The notes beneath the pieces were generated by a model that saw only the letters and a list, made by a program, of their open reading frames with translations, was not told the DNA's origin and searched no databases. DNA of 6,792 bases, taken from assembly GCF_006345805.1 (NCBI RefSeq), contig NW_021829255.1:1-6792 (forward strand), in the 5' to 3' direction. Source of the stretch: Octopus sinensis. Taxonomy: Eukaryota. The translations under genes and the position numbers were made by a program. Below are positions 6,661 to 6,792 of this stretch, piece by piece; the first letter of the stretch is position 1, and every line of letters begins with the position of its first letter.

Positions 6661-6792
6661 ATTAAAAACGATGTATTCAAAATAGTCACTTCAAGAATTC
6701 ATTCAGATCGATTTCAATCATTACTATCCACAACGAGTCACTTTCAGGTCACTTGACCATTTGACCATATTGATTCCATCAACATCCTGCTA

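Overview
Repeat-dominated, non-coding animal genomic DNA. The SINE family and microsatellite style suggest a cephalopod (octopus-like) intron or intergenic region; that assignment is recognition, not proof. I can support no intact protein-coding gene, and most listed ORFs are translations of microsatellites. The window holds: (i) one tRNA-derived, CORE-like SINE family with a built-in internal microsatellite, as a near-complete copy (2439-2836), a deleted and expanded copy (451-927), an old degenerate head (~2165-2330) and an isolated tail (5001-5050); (ii) a decayed Penelope-like (PLE) GIY-YIG endonuclease region (930-1270) that the ORF track misses, followed by a CCAAT/CRE/CCAAT cluster and a degenerate hammerhead-like motif; (iii) a decayed mariner transposon (left end ~3405, transposase 3550-3996) cut just after its first catalytic Asp, then a foreign ~215-nt segment and a possible right-TIR remnant; (iv) a weak minus-strand DYADDL reverse-transcriptase motif near 6440-6457; (v) many compound microsatellites. 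I see no convincing novel system. The best leads are the PLE 3' promoter plus ribozyme-like module, a CCAAT-N3-TGACGT motif shared by two unrelated repeats, and the SINE acting as a microsatellite seed.
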